NCBI GenBank assembly: GCA_017435905.1 | Contig: JAFSEB010000075.1 | Location: 4,452 to 68,451 of the forward strand | Reading direction: 5' to 3' | Origin: Clostridia bacterium | GTDB taxonomy: Bacteria; Bacillota; Clostridia; Christensenellales; CAG-138 | DNA: 64,000 bases | Part shown: positions 9,281-19,688 of the stretch, piece by piece | Layout: every line of letters begins with the position of its first letter | Position numbering within the stretch: the stretch's first letter is position 1 | Notes under the pieces: generated by a model | Told to the model about the DNA's origin: nothing | Seen by the model: the letters and a program-made list of their open reading frames with translations, nothing else | Database searches by the model: none | Position numbers and translations under genes: made by a program

Positions 9281-11845
9281 TTGAAAAAACTCATTGCGAT
9301 AGACGGTAACAACATCCTTTACAGGGCTTTTTTTGCCCTGCCTTCCATGATGACGAAATCGGGGACCCCCACCGGCGCTATCTACGGCTTCCTTTCCACA
9401 CTTTTTAAGCTTGTGCAGGATAAGCCTGATTATCTGCTTGTGGCGTTCGATATGCACGGGCCTACCTTCCGGCACGAACAGTATGACGGCTATAAAGCAG
9501 GGCGAGCGGAAACTCCCGGCGACCTTCGCAGCCAGATCCCTCTTATGAAAGAGCTTCTTGGAAAAATGGGCGTCAGGGTGATCGAATGCCCCAGGTTTGA
9601 GGCGGATGATATCCTCGGCACTTTTTCCCGTATTGCAGATGAAAAGGGCATCTTTTCTCTGCTTGTGACAGGAGACCGGGATGCGCTGCAGCTTATCGGA
9701 CCGAACACCCATGTACTAATGCCGAAAAAGGCGAATGAAACCGTTGAATACGATGAAGCCCTGCTGTTTGAGCAATACGGGCTTTCCCCCGAACGGATGC
9801 CTGATTTAAAGGGGCTCATGGGGGACGGTTCCGACAACCTTCCCGGCATTCCCGGCGTGGGAGAAAAGACCGCACGAAAACTGCTTGAAAAATACGGCAG
9901 CCTCGAAAATGCGCTTTCCCATGCGGCGGATGAAAAAGGTGCGCTGCAGAAAAAACTGATCGACGGCGCCGAAAGTGCCCGTATGAGCTACCGCCTCGGT
10001 CTCATTGACAGGCATGCACCGGTTTCCGTATCGCTGGAAGAATGTGCGTTTGTTCCTTCCAAAATGGCGGAAGGCGCTGCTATGATGCAGGAACTTGAAC
10101 TGCGAAGCCTTCTTTCACGCCTTCCAGAAGGTGCGAAAGAAAAAGTGAGTGCGCCGAAGGAAGAAAAAAAGATCGAGCATATCCGTATCGGCGATGAAGC
10201 ATCGCTTGCTGCCGCAGCGGAAAACATGAAGGCATCGGAGCGCCTTGCTTTTCATATGGGCGACACGCTGACGCTTTCCTCTGACGGCGTGAAGCAGTAT
10301 GACATTGTGCTTGGCGCAACGCTCCTCGAGCCGGGTCTTGATGAAACGGCCGTTTATGAAGTGCTTAAACCGCTCTTTGCCGATGCTGCCATCAAAAAGC
10401 TCGTTTTTGATGCGAAACGGCACAGGCATATTCTTGCAAAGTTTGGGATTTCTCTTGAAGGCGTCGTCTTTGACGGCATGCTGGTGGACTATCTTCTGCA
10501 TGCGCTGCATCCGGCACTTTCGCTGAAAACGCTTGCTGCCGAGCGCCTTGGCATTCAGGATGGGGATGCGGCAGCGCTTGTCAGGCTTTATGACAGCATG
10601 ATGCCGGAGCTTGAGGAAAAAGGTCTTCTGCCGCTTTACCGTGATATGGAGCTTCCCCTTGAACGTGTGCTGTTTGATATGGAACATATCGGCTTCACGC
10701 TCAACAGCGAAGTGCTTCGTGAAATGAGCAGCGTGTTCAAGCGCCGCATTGATGCCATTGCGGAAGAGATCTATGCGCTCGCAGGTGAGCCTTTCAATAT
10801 TCTTTCCACCAAACAGCTGGGTGTGATCCTGTATGAAAAGCTTGGATTACCGCCGTGGAAAAAGACGAAGTCCGGTTATTCCACGGATGCTGAATCCCTT
10901 GAAAAGATCGAGGATAAGCACCCCATTGTCAAACTGATCATTGAATACAGGACACTGTCAAAGCTTTGCAGCACATTCCTTGACGGACTTCTTGCGGTGG
11001 TCAGACCCGAAAGCGGAAAGGTACATACCAGTTTTAACCAGAATGTGACTGCCACAGGGCGCATCTCCAGCACAGAACCGAACCTGCAGAACATTCCCGT
11101 CAGAACGGAGCTTGGCAGGGAGATCCGCAAGGCGTTTGTGCCAAGCGAGGGTAACGTGCTTGTGGATGCGGACTATTCGCAGATCGAGCTGCGGCTTCTT
11201 GCCCACATGAGCGGAGATGAGAGCATGATCCGTGCATTCCGGGAAGGCGACGATATCCACCGCCGCACAGCCTCCGAGGTATTCGGCGTTCCCTTCGATG
11301 CTGTGACTTCCGCACAGCGCAGTGCGGCAAAGGCGGTCAACTTCGGCATTGTTTACGGCATCAGCGACTTCGGTCTTGCACGCAATCTGAATATCACAAG
11401 AAAAGAAGCGGCCCACTATATCGAGCTTTATCTGATGCGCTATCCGGGCATCCACCGTTATATGAAGGACAGCGTGGAGGCAGGCAAACGGGACGGATTT
11501 GTGACAACGCTCATGGGGCGTCGGCGTGACCTGCCGGAGCTGAAATCCTCCAATTTCAACACACGTTCCTTTGGCGAGCGTGTTGCCATGAATATGCCCA
11601 TACAGGGCACTGCAGCGGATATCATCAAGCTGGCGATGGTGCGTGTGCATGAAGCGTTGAAGCAGGAAGGGCTGAAGGCAAAGCTGATCCTGCAGATCCA
11701 CGACGAACTGATCATCGATACGCCGAAGGAGGAAGCGGAAAAGGTGGCAGAGCTTCTCCGTTCCTGCATGGAGAACGTGATCGAGCTTTCCGTGCCGCTG
11801 TATGCGGATGTCAAAGTCGGACAAAGCTGGTTTGAAACAAAGTAA
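9281..11845 (+). CDS. polA: DNA polymerase I
   Basis: 5'-nuclease N-terminus (KKLIAIDGNNILYRAFFALP), a polymerase domain (DYSQIELRLLAH, RSAAKAVNFGIVYG, QIHDELI). The likely start is TTG at 9281, 7 nt after GAGGGA; the ORF track opens at 9242. Confidence 0.9.
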   Translation: MKKLIAIDGNNILYRAFFALPSMMTKSGTPTGAIYGFLSTLFKLVQDKPDYLLVAFDMHGPTFRHEQYDGYKAGRAETPGDLRSQIPLMKELLGKMGVRVIECPRFEADDILGTFSRIADEKGIFSLLVTGDRDALQLIGPNTHVLMPKKANETVEYDEALLFEQYGLSPERMPDLKGLMGDGSDNLPGIPGVGEKTARKLLEKYGSLENALSHAADEKGALQKKLIDGAESARMSYRLGLIDRHAPVSVSLEECAFVPSKMAEGAAMMQELELRSLLSRLPEGAKEKVSAPKEEKKIEHIRIGDEASLAAAAENMKASERLAFHMGDTLTLSSDGVKQYDIVLGATLLEPGLDETAVYEVLKPLFADAAIKKLVFDAKRHRHILAKFGISLEGVVFDGMLVDYLLHALHPALSLKTLAAERLGIQDGDAAALVRLYDSMMPELEEKGLLPLYRDMELPLERVLFDMEHIGFTLNSEVLREMSSVFKRRIDAIAEEIYALAGEPFNILSTKQLGVILYEKLGLPPWKKTKSGYSTDAESLEKIEDKHPIVKLIIEYRTLSKLCSTFLDGLLAVVRPESGKVHTSFNQNVTATGRISSTEPNLQNIPVRTELGREIRKAFVPSEGNVLVDADYSQIELRLLAHMSGDESMIRAFREGDDIHRRTASEVFGVPFDAVTSAQRSAAKAVNFGIVYGISDFGLARNLNITRKEAAHYIELYLMRYPGIHRYMKDSVEAGKRDGFVTTLMGRRRDLPELKSSNFNTRSFGERVAMNMPIQGTAADIIKLAMVRVHEALKQEGLKAKLILQIHDELIIDTPKEEAEKVAELLRSCMENVIELSVPLYADVKVGQSWFETK

Positions 11846-11873
11846 GAAAAGCGAAGGAAAAGGGGAATGACGC

Positions 11874-12482
11874 ATGCGGATCGGTCTTACAGGTTCTATC
11901 GCATCGGGGAAATCAACTGTTTCTAAAAGGCTGCTTGCGCTCGGCGCCCATGTTTTGGATGCGGACAGGATCGCAAGGGAAGTGGTGGAACCGGGAACGG
12001 AAGGCCTTTCACACATTGTATCCGCCTTTGGGAAAGAGTTTCTTTTGCCGGATGGAAGCCTTGACAGAAAGAAGCTTGCCGCCAGGGTCTTTGGAAATGA
12101 TGCAGCGCTTGGGGTGCTCAACGGTATCACCCATCCGCTTGTGATCGATACCATGCGCAGCCGTTCCGATGAACTTGAAAAAACAGATCAAAAAGCTGTT
12201 GTGATCTGGGATATGCCCCTTTTGATCGAGTGCGGTGCATACCGGGAGATGGATCTTGTCTGGCTTGTTGCTGCGGACAGAGAAGTACGCATTGCCCGTG
12301 TCATGGCACGGGACAACTGCACAAGAGAGCATGCCCTTCTCAGAATGGCGGCGCAGATGCCCCAGGAAGACAAGCTTTCCTATGCGGATACTGTGATTTT
12401 TAATGATGGCAGCATGGAAGAACTGCATGTGCAGGTAGACCGTGCATACCAAAGGCTTTTTGAAGAAAAGGAAGCTTTATGA
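11874..12482 (+). CDS. coaE: Dephospho-CoA kinase
   Basis: IGLTGSIASGKST P-loop in a 202-aa product, in the canonical position after polA. Confidence 0.85.
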   Translation: MRIGLTGSIASGKSTVSKRLLALGAHVLDADRIAREVVEPGTEGLSHIVSAFGKEFLLPDGSLDRKKLAARVFGNDAALGVLNGITHPLVIDTMRSRSDELEKTDQKAVVIWDMPLLIECGAYREMDLVWLVAADREVRIARVMARDNCTREHALLRMAAQMPQEDKLSYADTVIFNDGSMEELHVQVDRAYQRLFEEKEAL

Positions 12483-13102
12483 ACGCAACGGTAAAATCGC
12501 AGTCCGGAACGGGCAAAAAACGGAAAAAGCTGAAACTGCATACCGGCTGGATCAGCTTGATTGCCATTGTTTGTGCCGCATTCCTTGTGATCGGCTATTT
12601 GGTGCTGACGGAAAAGATGGAGAAGCGAACGTATCCTCTTTTTTATACAGATATTATTGTGAAAGAGGCGGCTGCATATGAGCTCGATCCCTATTTCGTT
12701 GCGGCTGTCATCTGTTGTGAATCCAGCGGCAGGGAAACTGTGGTTTCCCACAAAGGTGCGACAGGTCTGATGCAGATCATGCCGAAAACAGGGGAATGGA
12801 TCGCCGAAAAGCTTGAAATGGATGATTATTCGGAAGAACGGCTGAAAGAACCGGAGGTCAACATACGCATGGGCTGCTGGTATCTTTCCTACCTTTTCAA
12901 ACGTTATGAAGGCAACAGTGTTCATGCACTTGCAGCATACAATGCAGGACCCGGCAATGTGAGTAAATGGCTTGAGGATCCTCAGTATACACAGGATGGG
13001 CAGCTTACCGATATCCCCTTTGATGAAACTGCCGCATATGTGAAAAAGGTTCTTGCGGCGCAAGAGAAATACAGAGAGTTATATGAAGAAGAACTCAGGT
13101 GA
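12479..13102 (+). CDS. Lytic transglycosylase (SLT domain), membrane-anchored
   Basis: An N-terminal TM segment followed by CCESSGRE...GATGLMQIMPKTGEWIA...AAYNAGPGNV. Confidence 0.8.
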   Translation: MNATVKSQSGTGKKRKKLKLHTGWISLIAIVCAAFLVIGYLVLTEKMEKRTYPLFYTDIIVKEAAAYELDPYFVAAVICCESSGRETVVSHKGATGLMQIMPKTGEWIAEKLEMDDYSEERLKEPEVNIRMGCWYLSYLFKRYEGNSVHALAAYNAGPGNVSKWLEDPQYTQDGQLTDIPFDETAAYVKKVLAAQEKYRELYEEELR

Positions 13103-14717
13103 AATCTTAAAACGTGTGATGGCGGCATCCGCAGCGGCGGCAATGCTTTTTTGCTGTGCCTGCGGCAAGGTGGAAGATGCCGTTGAAAGTGCACCTTCCA
13201 TCACGATGCCGTCGCCTTCTCAGGAGCCGCAGCCCGTATCGGGAGGCGAGCTTCGCATGCCGATGCCTACCAATGCCGTCATCAGCGATCCGCTCAGTGT
13301 GAGTTCGGAAGAGATGCTTGCCATGTTCTCCCTCGTCTACGAAAGTCTGCTTTCCATTGATGACCGTGGACAGCTTGTTCCCGAACTTGCGGAAAACTGG
13401 ACCTCCGATGAGACCGGATGCGTATGGACATTCAAGCTGCGGCAGCAGGCGAAATGGCACGATACGGGAGCAACCGTCAAAGCAGCGGATGTGGTGGCTA
13501 CATTTCAGCGTATCGTTTCCCTTGGAACGGAAACATATTATTCTTTCGTGACCGAAAAGGTTCTGAGTATGGCAGAGGGCACAGAGGGATCTCTGACCGT
13601 GACCATGAAGGAGCCTGGACTTGCGTCCCTTTATGCGCTCACTTTTCCCGTGATGCGCGGCGGTACGGCAGAGGAAAACGGAACGCCCGTCGGAACGGGT
13701 GCATATCAGGTGACGGCAGCATCCGACAGTACGGTACGCCTGCGTGCCAATTCGGCATGGTGGAAACAGGTTCCGTATATCGACAGCATCATGTTCTATG
13801 CAAAGGACAGCAACGATATTGCCCTTGCATCCTTTGAAGCGGGACAGCTTGATCTTGTTCCCACATCATCCCTTTCCGTTGGTCGCTACCGTGAGGAGGG
13901 CGTGACCAATGTTCTTGATGTGATGACGCAGACGGCGGAAGTGATGCTCGTGAATTATGCGAACGAGGAACTGCGCAACGCCGGCCTCAGAAAGGCGATC
14001 GCCTGTGCGATCGATCGAAGTCATATCATCACAAACGTATATATGAACCGTGCGCAGGCATCCGATGTTCCTGTAGCGCCCGATTCCTGGCTTTACGAGT
14101 CCAAATCCAAACTGTATGACTATAACACCACCAATGCACTGTCGCTTTTTGCGGAAGCAGGCTGGAAGGATACGGATGAGGACGGATATCTTGAAAAAGA
14201 CGGCACATACGATACGGAACTGACGCTGCGGCTTCTTGTCAACGATTCCACAGACAGCGCAAGAAAGAGCGCAGCGGAGATGATCGCACAGCAGCTTGAT
14301 GCGATCGGGATCCATGTGGAGCTGATGACGGCAGGTTATGCCCTTGGTGATGATGCCAGCGAATATCTGAGTAAGATCGTAAAGAAAGAGTTCGACCTTG
14401 CACTTATCGGTTTTAATTTGAGCCGTGACTGTGATCTTCGGCCTTATATTGCTGTGGGCGGTGCGAAAAACTACGGCGGTTATTCCAATGCTGCGCTTGA
14501 ACAGCTGGCAAAGAATGTGGCAACGGCGGCGGATGAGACGACGATGCGTGATGCCGCAGCGGAACTTGAACTTCGCTTTGCGGAAGAACTGCCCTTCATT
14601 ACGCTGTATTTCCGTTTGAACAGCATCCTGTATTCTGCCGATATTCAGGGCATATCCGGCGCCCGAGAACCGGATATCATGCGCACAGCGGAAAAATGGT
14701 ACCTTCTTTCCGAGTAG
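13083..14717 (+). CDS. ABC-transporter substrate-binding lipoprotein, family 5 (peptide/nickel type); orphan
   Basis: Lipobox LFCCACG, and the length and sequence pattern of OppA/DppA-like SBPs. No permease or ATPase gene is adjacent. Alternative start at 13053. Confidence 0.7.
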   Translation: MKKNSGEILKRVMAASAAAAMLFCCACGKVEDAVESAPSITMPSPSQEPQPVSGGELRMPMPTNAVISDPLSVSSEEMLAMFSLVYESLLSIDDRGQLVPELAENWTSDETGCVWTFKLRQQAKWHDTGATVKAADVVATFQRIVSLGTETYYSFVTEKVLSMAEGTEGSLTVTMKEPGLASLYALTFPVMRGGTAEENGTPVGTGAYQVTAASDSTVRLRANSAWWKQVPYIDSIMFYAKDSNDIALASFEAGQLDLVPTSSLSVGRYREEGVTNVLDVMTQTAEVMLVNYANEELRNAGLRKAIACAIDRSHIITNVYMNRAQASDVPVAPDSWLYESKSKLYDYNTTNALSLFAEAGWKDTDEDGYLEKDGTYDTELTLRLLVNDSTDSARKSAAEMIAQQLDAIGIHVELMTAGYALGDDASEYLSKIVKKEFDLALIGFNLSRDCDLRPYIAVGGAKNYGGYSNAALEQLAKNVATAADETTMRDAAAELELRFAEELPFITLYFRLNSILYSADIQGISGAREPDIMRTAEKWYLLSE

Positions 14718-14792
14718 AGTATCAAATGCAGCATTGCCTGGCAGGCGATCCCATGTTAAGATTAAACGCAAATGAATTATGACGGAGGCATC

Positions 14793-15371
14793 ATGCTGGA
14801 ACTCCTTATTATTGTGGCAATACTGATCATAGACCTTGTTTCAAAGCACATTGCTGCGGCGTGGCTTCCCACGCTGCCCGGCGGCAGCTTTCCGCTGATC
14901 GATGGTGTTTTTGAGCTTTCCTATGTGGAAAACAGGGGGGCAGCATTCGGTATGCTGCAGAATGCCCGCTGGTTTTTTCTGGTTCTGACTGTGATCGCAC
15001 TTGCTGTTCTTGGTTGGTTTTTGATCCGCTACCGCAGAAAAATGCATGTCCGTGTCAGGATCGCAATTGCGCTGATCATCACGGGCGCTGTCGGCAATTT
15101 TGTGGACAGGCTGTTTCTCGGCTATGTGCGTGATATGTTCTATTTCTCATTGATCAACTTTGCGGTGTTCAATGTGGCGGATGCAGCGATCACGGTCGGC
15201 GGTATTGGTCTTGTGGTCGATTCTGCTTTTACGAAAAAAGGCCATGAATTTATCAAACTGGTCGATGCGCTTTTGGAGAAAAAGCCTTCTGCCGAAGACA
15301 AAAAGGCTGTTTGCGGTGAAACCGGTGAAGAAAATGAACCGGAATCGGCAGAGTGTGAGGGGAAACAGTGA
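14793..15371 (+). CDS. lspA: Lipoprotein signal peptidase II
   Basis: Conserved VENRGAAFG and FNVADAAI aspartyl-protease motifs with 4 TM segments. GGAGG lies upstream of the ATG at 14793. Confidence 0.9.
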   Translation: MLELLIIVAILIIDLVSKHIAAAWLPTLPGGSFPLIDGVFELSYVENRGAAFGMLQNARWFFLVLTVIALAVLGWFLIRYRRKMHVRVRIAIALIITGAVGNFVDRLFLGYVRDMFYFSLINFAVFNVADAAITVGGIGLVVDSAFTKKGHEFIKLVDALLEKKPSAEDKKAVCGETGEENEPESAECEGKQ

Positions 15372-16390
15372 TGGAAGATCTTTTCTTTCCTGCTGAAACG
15401 GAGGAAGAGATCCCGTCTTCTTCCGCCCGGGTATATCTTGAGACGGTGCAGGAAAAGGGGGAGCGGCTTGATGTGTTTTGCACCCGTATGACGGGGGAAA
15501 CACGGGCTTTCATACAAAAGCTGATCCTCGAAGAGCGTGTTCGTGTAAACGGCGGCGCCTGCCGTGCCAATACCCGGCTCAAGGCAGGCGATCAGGTGGA
15601 GGTGCACATCGCTGCGCCGGCAGAGACTGCCCTTGTTCCCGAGAACATACCGCTTTCCATCGTATATGAAGATCCCGATATTGCGGTGATCGACAAACCG
15701 AAGGGGATGGTCGTACACCCTGCGCCGGGCAATGAAAGCGGAACGCTCGTGAATGCGGTGATGTACCATGTAAAGGATCTTTCCGGCATTGGCGGAGAAC
15801 TGCGGCCGGGGATCGTTCACCGCATCGATAAGATGACGAGCGGTCTTCTTGTCATCGCAAAGAATGATGCGGCGCACCGCTCTCTTGCGGAGCAAATGAA
15901 GATCCATGCCGCAGAAAGGATATATCTTGCCATTGTGAACGGCAACATCCGTGAGGACAGCGGCACGGTGGATGCGCCCATCGGGCGGCATCCGGTGGAT
16001 AGGAAGCGTATGGCTGTCGTACGTGACGGAAGGGAAGCTGTGACTCATTGGCGTGTTCTTGAACGCTACGGGGATCATACCCTTATTGCGGCGCGGCTTG
16101 AAACGGGCAGAACGCATCAGATCCGTGTCCACATGGCGCATATTAAGCATCCTGTCGCAGGCGATGCGGTCTATGGACCGGAAAAGAACCGTCTCGGTCT
16201 TGAAGGTCAGGCGCTTCATGCGGCAAGGCTGTTCCTGACGCATCCCAGAACGGGGGAGCGGATGGGCTTTCGGGCACCGATTCCCACTTATTTTGAAAGT
16301 GCCCTGCGCAAAGCAGGCAGAAAAGAAACGGTTCCCCTTGAAAATGTTCTGAACGGGGCGGTAAAAGGATTCCTGGATGGAGAAAAGTAA
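15368..16390 (+). CDS. rluD: RluA-family 23S rRNA pseudouridine synthase (RluD-like)
   Basis: N-terminal S4-like region, HRIDKMTSGLLVIAK catalytic motif and GRTHQIRVH. The lspA-rluD pairing is typical of Firmicutes. Confidence 0.85.
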   Translation: MMEDLFFPAETEEEIPSSSARVYLETVQEKGERLDVFCTRMTGETRAFIQKLILEERVRVNGGACRANTRLKAGDQVEVHIAAPAETALVPENIPLSIVYEDPDIAVIDKPKGMVVHPAPGNESGTLVNAVMYHVKDLSGIGGELRPGIVHRIDKMTSGLLVIAKNDAAHRSLAEQMKIHAAERIYLAIVNGNIREDSGTVDAPIGRHPVDRKRMAVVRDGREAVTHWRVLERYGDHTLIAARLETGRTHQIRVHMAHIKHPVAGDAVYGPEKNRLGLEGQALHAARLFLTHPRTGERMGFRAPIPTYFESALRKAGRKETVPLENVLNGAVKGFLDGEK

Positions 16391-17087
16391 TACGGAAAAA
16401 AGCAGAAAGATGTCGCAGGCGTCAGGAATCGCATTTGCACTGGCGCTGTTTGCGGTGGCAGTTCTGCTTTTTCTGTTTTCAGACATCGGTGAAGCTGTGT
16501 GTGCAGAGCTTGGTATCTCCCAGACTGTTTATGAGCCGGTGCCTGCCAAGACGGCAACGCCATCCAATGCACCGGAAAAAGCGGAAACCGGGTCAAAATG
16601 TGAGCTATCCCCGGATGTATTCTTTGCAAGGGCAAAGGAGTACGGTGCACAGTTCACTTATACGCTCGCCCACAAGGAGCTGCGCAGCGAAGAATATGCG
16701 CTGAGCGGTGACTTTTCGCTAACAGCCAAGCTGATGCTTTCGCTGCATGACGGAAATGTCAACGAATTGATTCTTGTTTGTGATGTCCCTGAGGAGCCCG
16801 GGCCGCTTCCGCCGGATGCGGGAACTATTCTCAATAGTCTTCACAGTAAGGATATCCAAAGATACGAAACAGATGTTGAATGGATCATATCCGCTGTGAC
16901 CGCCTGCACGCTTGCTCTTGATACGGAAGAATCGGTATCATATTCGGACACACTTACTGTGGAGGAAACTATCCGCAGCGCTTTGGAAAACAGCGAGGCG
17001 TGCAAGGTGCCTCTTGGCGGCTTTACTTTGGATTTCCGGCCGGATGGGCAGGGGTGTTTGTGTGTAACTGTACGAACGGCTGAATAA
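16377..17087 (+). CDS. Hypothetical membrane-anchored protein
   Basis: The 236-aa ORF has one N-terminal TM helix (IAFALALFAVAVLLFLF). I recognise no motif. The coding call rests on length and operon position only. Confidence 0.45.
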   Translation: MEKSNTEKSRKMSQASGIAFALALFAVAVLLFLFSDIGEAVCAELGISQTVYEPVPAKTATPSNAPEKAETGSKCELSPDVFFARAKEYGAQFTYTLAHKELRSEEYALSGDFSLTAKLMLSLHDGNVNELILVCDVPEEPGPLPPDAGTILNSLHSKDIQRYETDVEWIISAVTACTLALDTEESVSYSDTLTVEETIRSALENSEACKVPLGGFTLDFRPDGQGCLCVTVRTAE

Positions 17088-17122
17088 ACTTAAAAATAAA
17101 AGCGAATCTCTGTGAAAAGCTA

Positions 17123-17151
17123 TTGAAAGCATCCACAATCTGTTGTATAAT
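17123..17151 (+). promoter_or_regulatory. Sigma-A-type promoter for zapA
   Basis: TTGAAA (17123-17128), a 17-nt spacer, then TATAAT (17146-17151). Confidence 0.6.
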
Positions 17152-17173
17152 CGCAGCAAGGTGGTGCATATAT

Positions 17174-17497
17174 ATGGAAAAAACAAAGATCAGTGTCGTG
17201 CTTGCGGGTCAGGAATTCAAACTGGCCGCAACCGAAAGCGAAGAATATATCCTTGAACTTGCTCAATATGTGAATCAAAATGTGGAGGAGATCCAGCAGC
17301 GGTATCCCAACCTCAGCACAGCAAACTGTGTTTTGCTTGCATCCCTCAACATGGCGGACGAGCTTCATAAGCTTCGTGCCGATTACGATGCGCTTGATCA
17401 GCGTATCGCCCAGCTGCGGGAAATGCCCCGTTCCGCTGTGCCGCAATCGCCGGTCAAACGGCCTTTTGAAGCACGGCAGCCTGTGGGAACCAAATAA
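17174..17497 (+). CDS. zapA: Cell-division protein ZapA
   Basis: MEKTKISVVLAGQEFKLAATESEEYILELAQYVN...ANCVLLASLNMADEL fits the ZapA pattern. An AAGGTGG RBS precedes it; the ORF track opens at 17123. Confidence 0.8.
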   Translation: MEKTKISVVLAGQEFKLAATESEEYILELAQYVNQNVEEIQQRYPNLSTANCVLLASLNMADELHKLRADYDALDQRIAQLREMPRSAVPQSPVKRPFEARQPVGTK

Positions 17498-17569
17498 CGT
17501 AAGCAATCATAATGTATGGCGGCTTGGGACGATTGTTCCAGGCCGTTTTTTCAAAAAACAGGAGATAAT

Positions 17570-19672
17570 ATGGCTCAGAAGAAAACGATCACGCTGCTTT
17601 CGCCTGCAGGCAGCAGGGAAAGCCTGATTGCAGCGGTGCAAAACGGAGCGGATGCCGTCTATTTTGGTGGCAGCGCATTCAATGCAAGACGCTTTGCCGG
17701 GAACTTTTCGGATGAAGAGCTTCCCTGGGCGGTGGATTACTGCCATGCAAGGGGCGTAGAGGTCAATATCACATTCAATACGCTGCTCTTTGACAGAGAA
17801 CTTGCGGATGCACTTTCCTACGGCAGGTTCCTTTACGGACTTGGTGTGGACTCTGTTATCGTGCAGGATCTTGGACTTGCACGCATTCTGCATCAGAATC
17901 TTCCGGACCTTACTTTGCATGCAAGCACGCAGATGGGTATTTCAGATCTTGAAGGTGCACTTCAGGCAAAGGAGATCGGTTTTTCCCGTGTGGTTCTTGC
18001 CCGGGAAGTGCCCATGAAGGAAGTCAGGCATATCTGCGATCATGCAGGCCTGGAGGTGGAGACCTTTGCCCATGGCGCCATGTGCATGAGCGTTTCGGGC
18101 GCCTGCCTGTTTTCATCCATGGCAGGGGAAAGGAGCGGCAACAGAGGAACCTGTGCGCAGCCTTGCCGCAAACGGATCGCGGTCGGCAGAAAACCCGGTG
18201 AACAGGATTATGCGCTGAGTCTTTCCGACCTTTGCATGCTTTCGCATGTGAAAGAGCTGATCGATGCCGGTGTATGCTGCATCAAGCTTGAAGGCCGCAT
18301 GAAACGCCCCGAATATGTTGCCGCAGCCACACGGGCTTACCGTGCTGCGATCGACGGTGCGGATGCAAAAACGGTTGCCTCCTTGAAAAAAGATGTATTC
18401 CAAATGTTCAACCGGGGCGGTGACCGCACGGGATACTATTACGGCGACGGCGGCATAACGGATTGTGTTGCAAAATCGGAACCCGGCGATGCGCTGCTTC
18501 AAAAAATGCAGGAAACCTATGCGCAGGATGCCCGCAAAAGAGGCGTATCCATGCATGCTGAACTTGTTGCAGGTAAACCTGCCTTGCTTCGAATGGAGTG
18601 TGACGGTTTATTTGCGCAAGCGGAGGGCGACGTGGTCCTTCCTGCGGAAAAACCTCAGGATAAGGCCCGATACGCACAGCAGCTGCAGAAACTCGGTGCA
18701 ACACCCTTTGCCGTTTCTGCCTTTTCGATGCAAATGGATGACAATGCCTTTTTGCCGGTCGGCAAGCTGAATGCCCTTCGGCGTGAAGCGTGCGATTCCC
18801 TTCTTGCAAAGATTTCTCCGCATCCGGATGTACCGGAAGTTGTTTCCCTGCCGGAAGTATCGTATTGCGGCAAAGGCGAAGGCATCGTTTCCGCTTTGGT
18901 GCGCAGCGAAGCGCAGGCCAAGGCCGCATTTTCGGCGGGTGCGGATGAAGTGCTGCTGCAGCCCGTAAACTATGGCGATGATACGGCTGCAGTCTCGCTG
19001 CAGCCTTACCGCAGGGAAGGGAAAAAACTTCTTCTTTCGCTTCCCGTTTCGCTCATCAGCCGGGAAGAACACAGGCGCATTGAGACGCTTCTTGCTTCGG
19101 GACTTTTTGACGGTGCGGAAGCAAATAATATCGGACAGCTAGCCTTGATCAAGCATCTGCCGCTCAAAATCGCCGGCAGTGCCATGAATGCGTTTAATGC
19201 ACAATGCGTATCGCATTACTATAAACTGGGGTTTGACCGCATCGTGCTATCGCAGGAACTGACAAAGCCGCAGATGCGTGATATACTTGTAAAAACAGGC
19301 GGCGCCGTCACCGTTTACGGCCGGGTGCAGACGATGCAGCTTCGCCATTGCCCCGTGAAGGAACGGGAAGGCTGCCAAAATTGCAGCGGCAATGCAGGCA
19401 CGCTGGTGGATGAAGCTGGCCGCATATTCCCTCTTTCTAATATCCGCCAGGCAGAAGGCTGCCTTGTGCGTGTATTGAATTGCAACCCCACGGATATCGT
19501 TGACCTCTATCAAGCGCTTCCGCCTGTGGATGCGGCCGTTCTTGCGTTCTATACGGAATCACCGGAGGAGGTTGCTTCCTTGGTGGCACGGGCGGTCGAT
19601 GCACGCAGCGGAAAAACCGCACCTGCGTCCGCCGGCTCCACCCGTGGGCATTGGTCACGTGCTGTTGATTAA
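17570..19672 (+). CDS. U32-family peptidase / RNA-hydroxylation-type protein (long form)
   Basis: LLSPAGS...AAVQNGADAVYFGG...FNARRFA and the GERSGNRGTCAQPCR Cys cluster are typical of peptidase U32. Start at 17570 (GGAGATAATATG). Confidence 0.8.
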   Translation: MAQKKTITLLSPAGSRESLIAAVQNGADAVYFGGSAFNARRFAGNFSDEELPWAVDYCHARGVEVNITFNTLLFDRELADALSYGRFLYGLGVDSVIVQDLGLARILHQNLPDLTLHASTQMGISDLEGALQAKEIGFSRVVLAREVPMKEVRHICDHAGLEVETFAHGAMCMSVSGACLFSSMAGERSGNRGTCAQPCRKRIAVGRKPGEQDYALSLSDLCMLSHVKELIDAGVCCIKLEGRMKRPEYVAAATRAYRAAIDGADAKTVASLKKDVFQMFNRGGDRTGYYYGDGGITDCVAKSEPGDALLQKMQETYAQDARKRGVSMHAELVAGKPALLRMECDGLFAQAEGDVVLPAEKPQDKARYAQQLQKLGATPFAVSAFSMQMDDNAFLPVGKLNALRREACDSLLAKISPHPDVPEVVSLPEVSYCGKGEGIVSALVRSEAQAKAAFSAGADEVLLQPVNYGDDTAAVSLQPYRREGKKLLLSLPVSLISREEHRRIETLLASGLFDGAEANNIGQLALIKHLPLKIAGSAMNAFNAQCVSHYYKLGFDRIVLSQELTKPQMRDILVKTGGAVTVYGRVQTMQLRHCPVKEREGCQNCSGNAGTLVDEAGRIFPLSNIRQAEGCLVRVLNCNPTDIVDLYQALPPVDAAVLAFYTESPEEVASLVARAVDARSGKTAPASAGSTRGHWSRAVD

Positions 19673-19688
19673 AAAAAGGAGTATTACA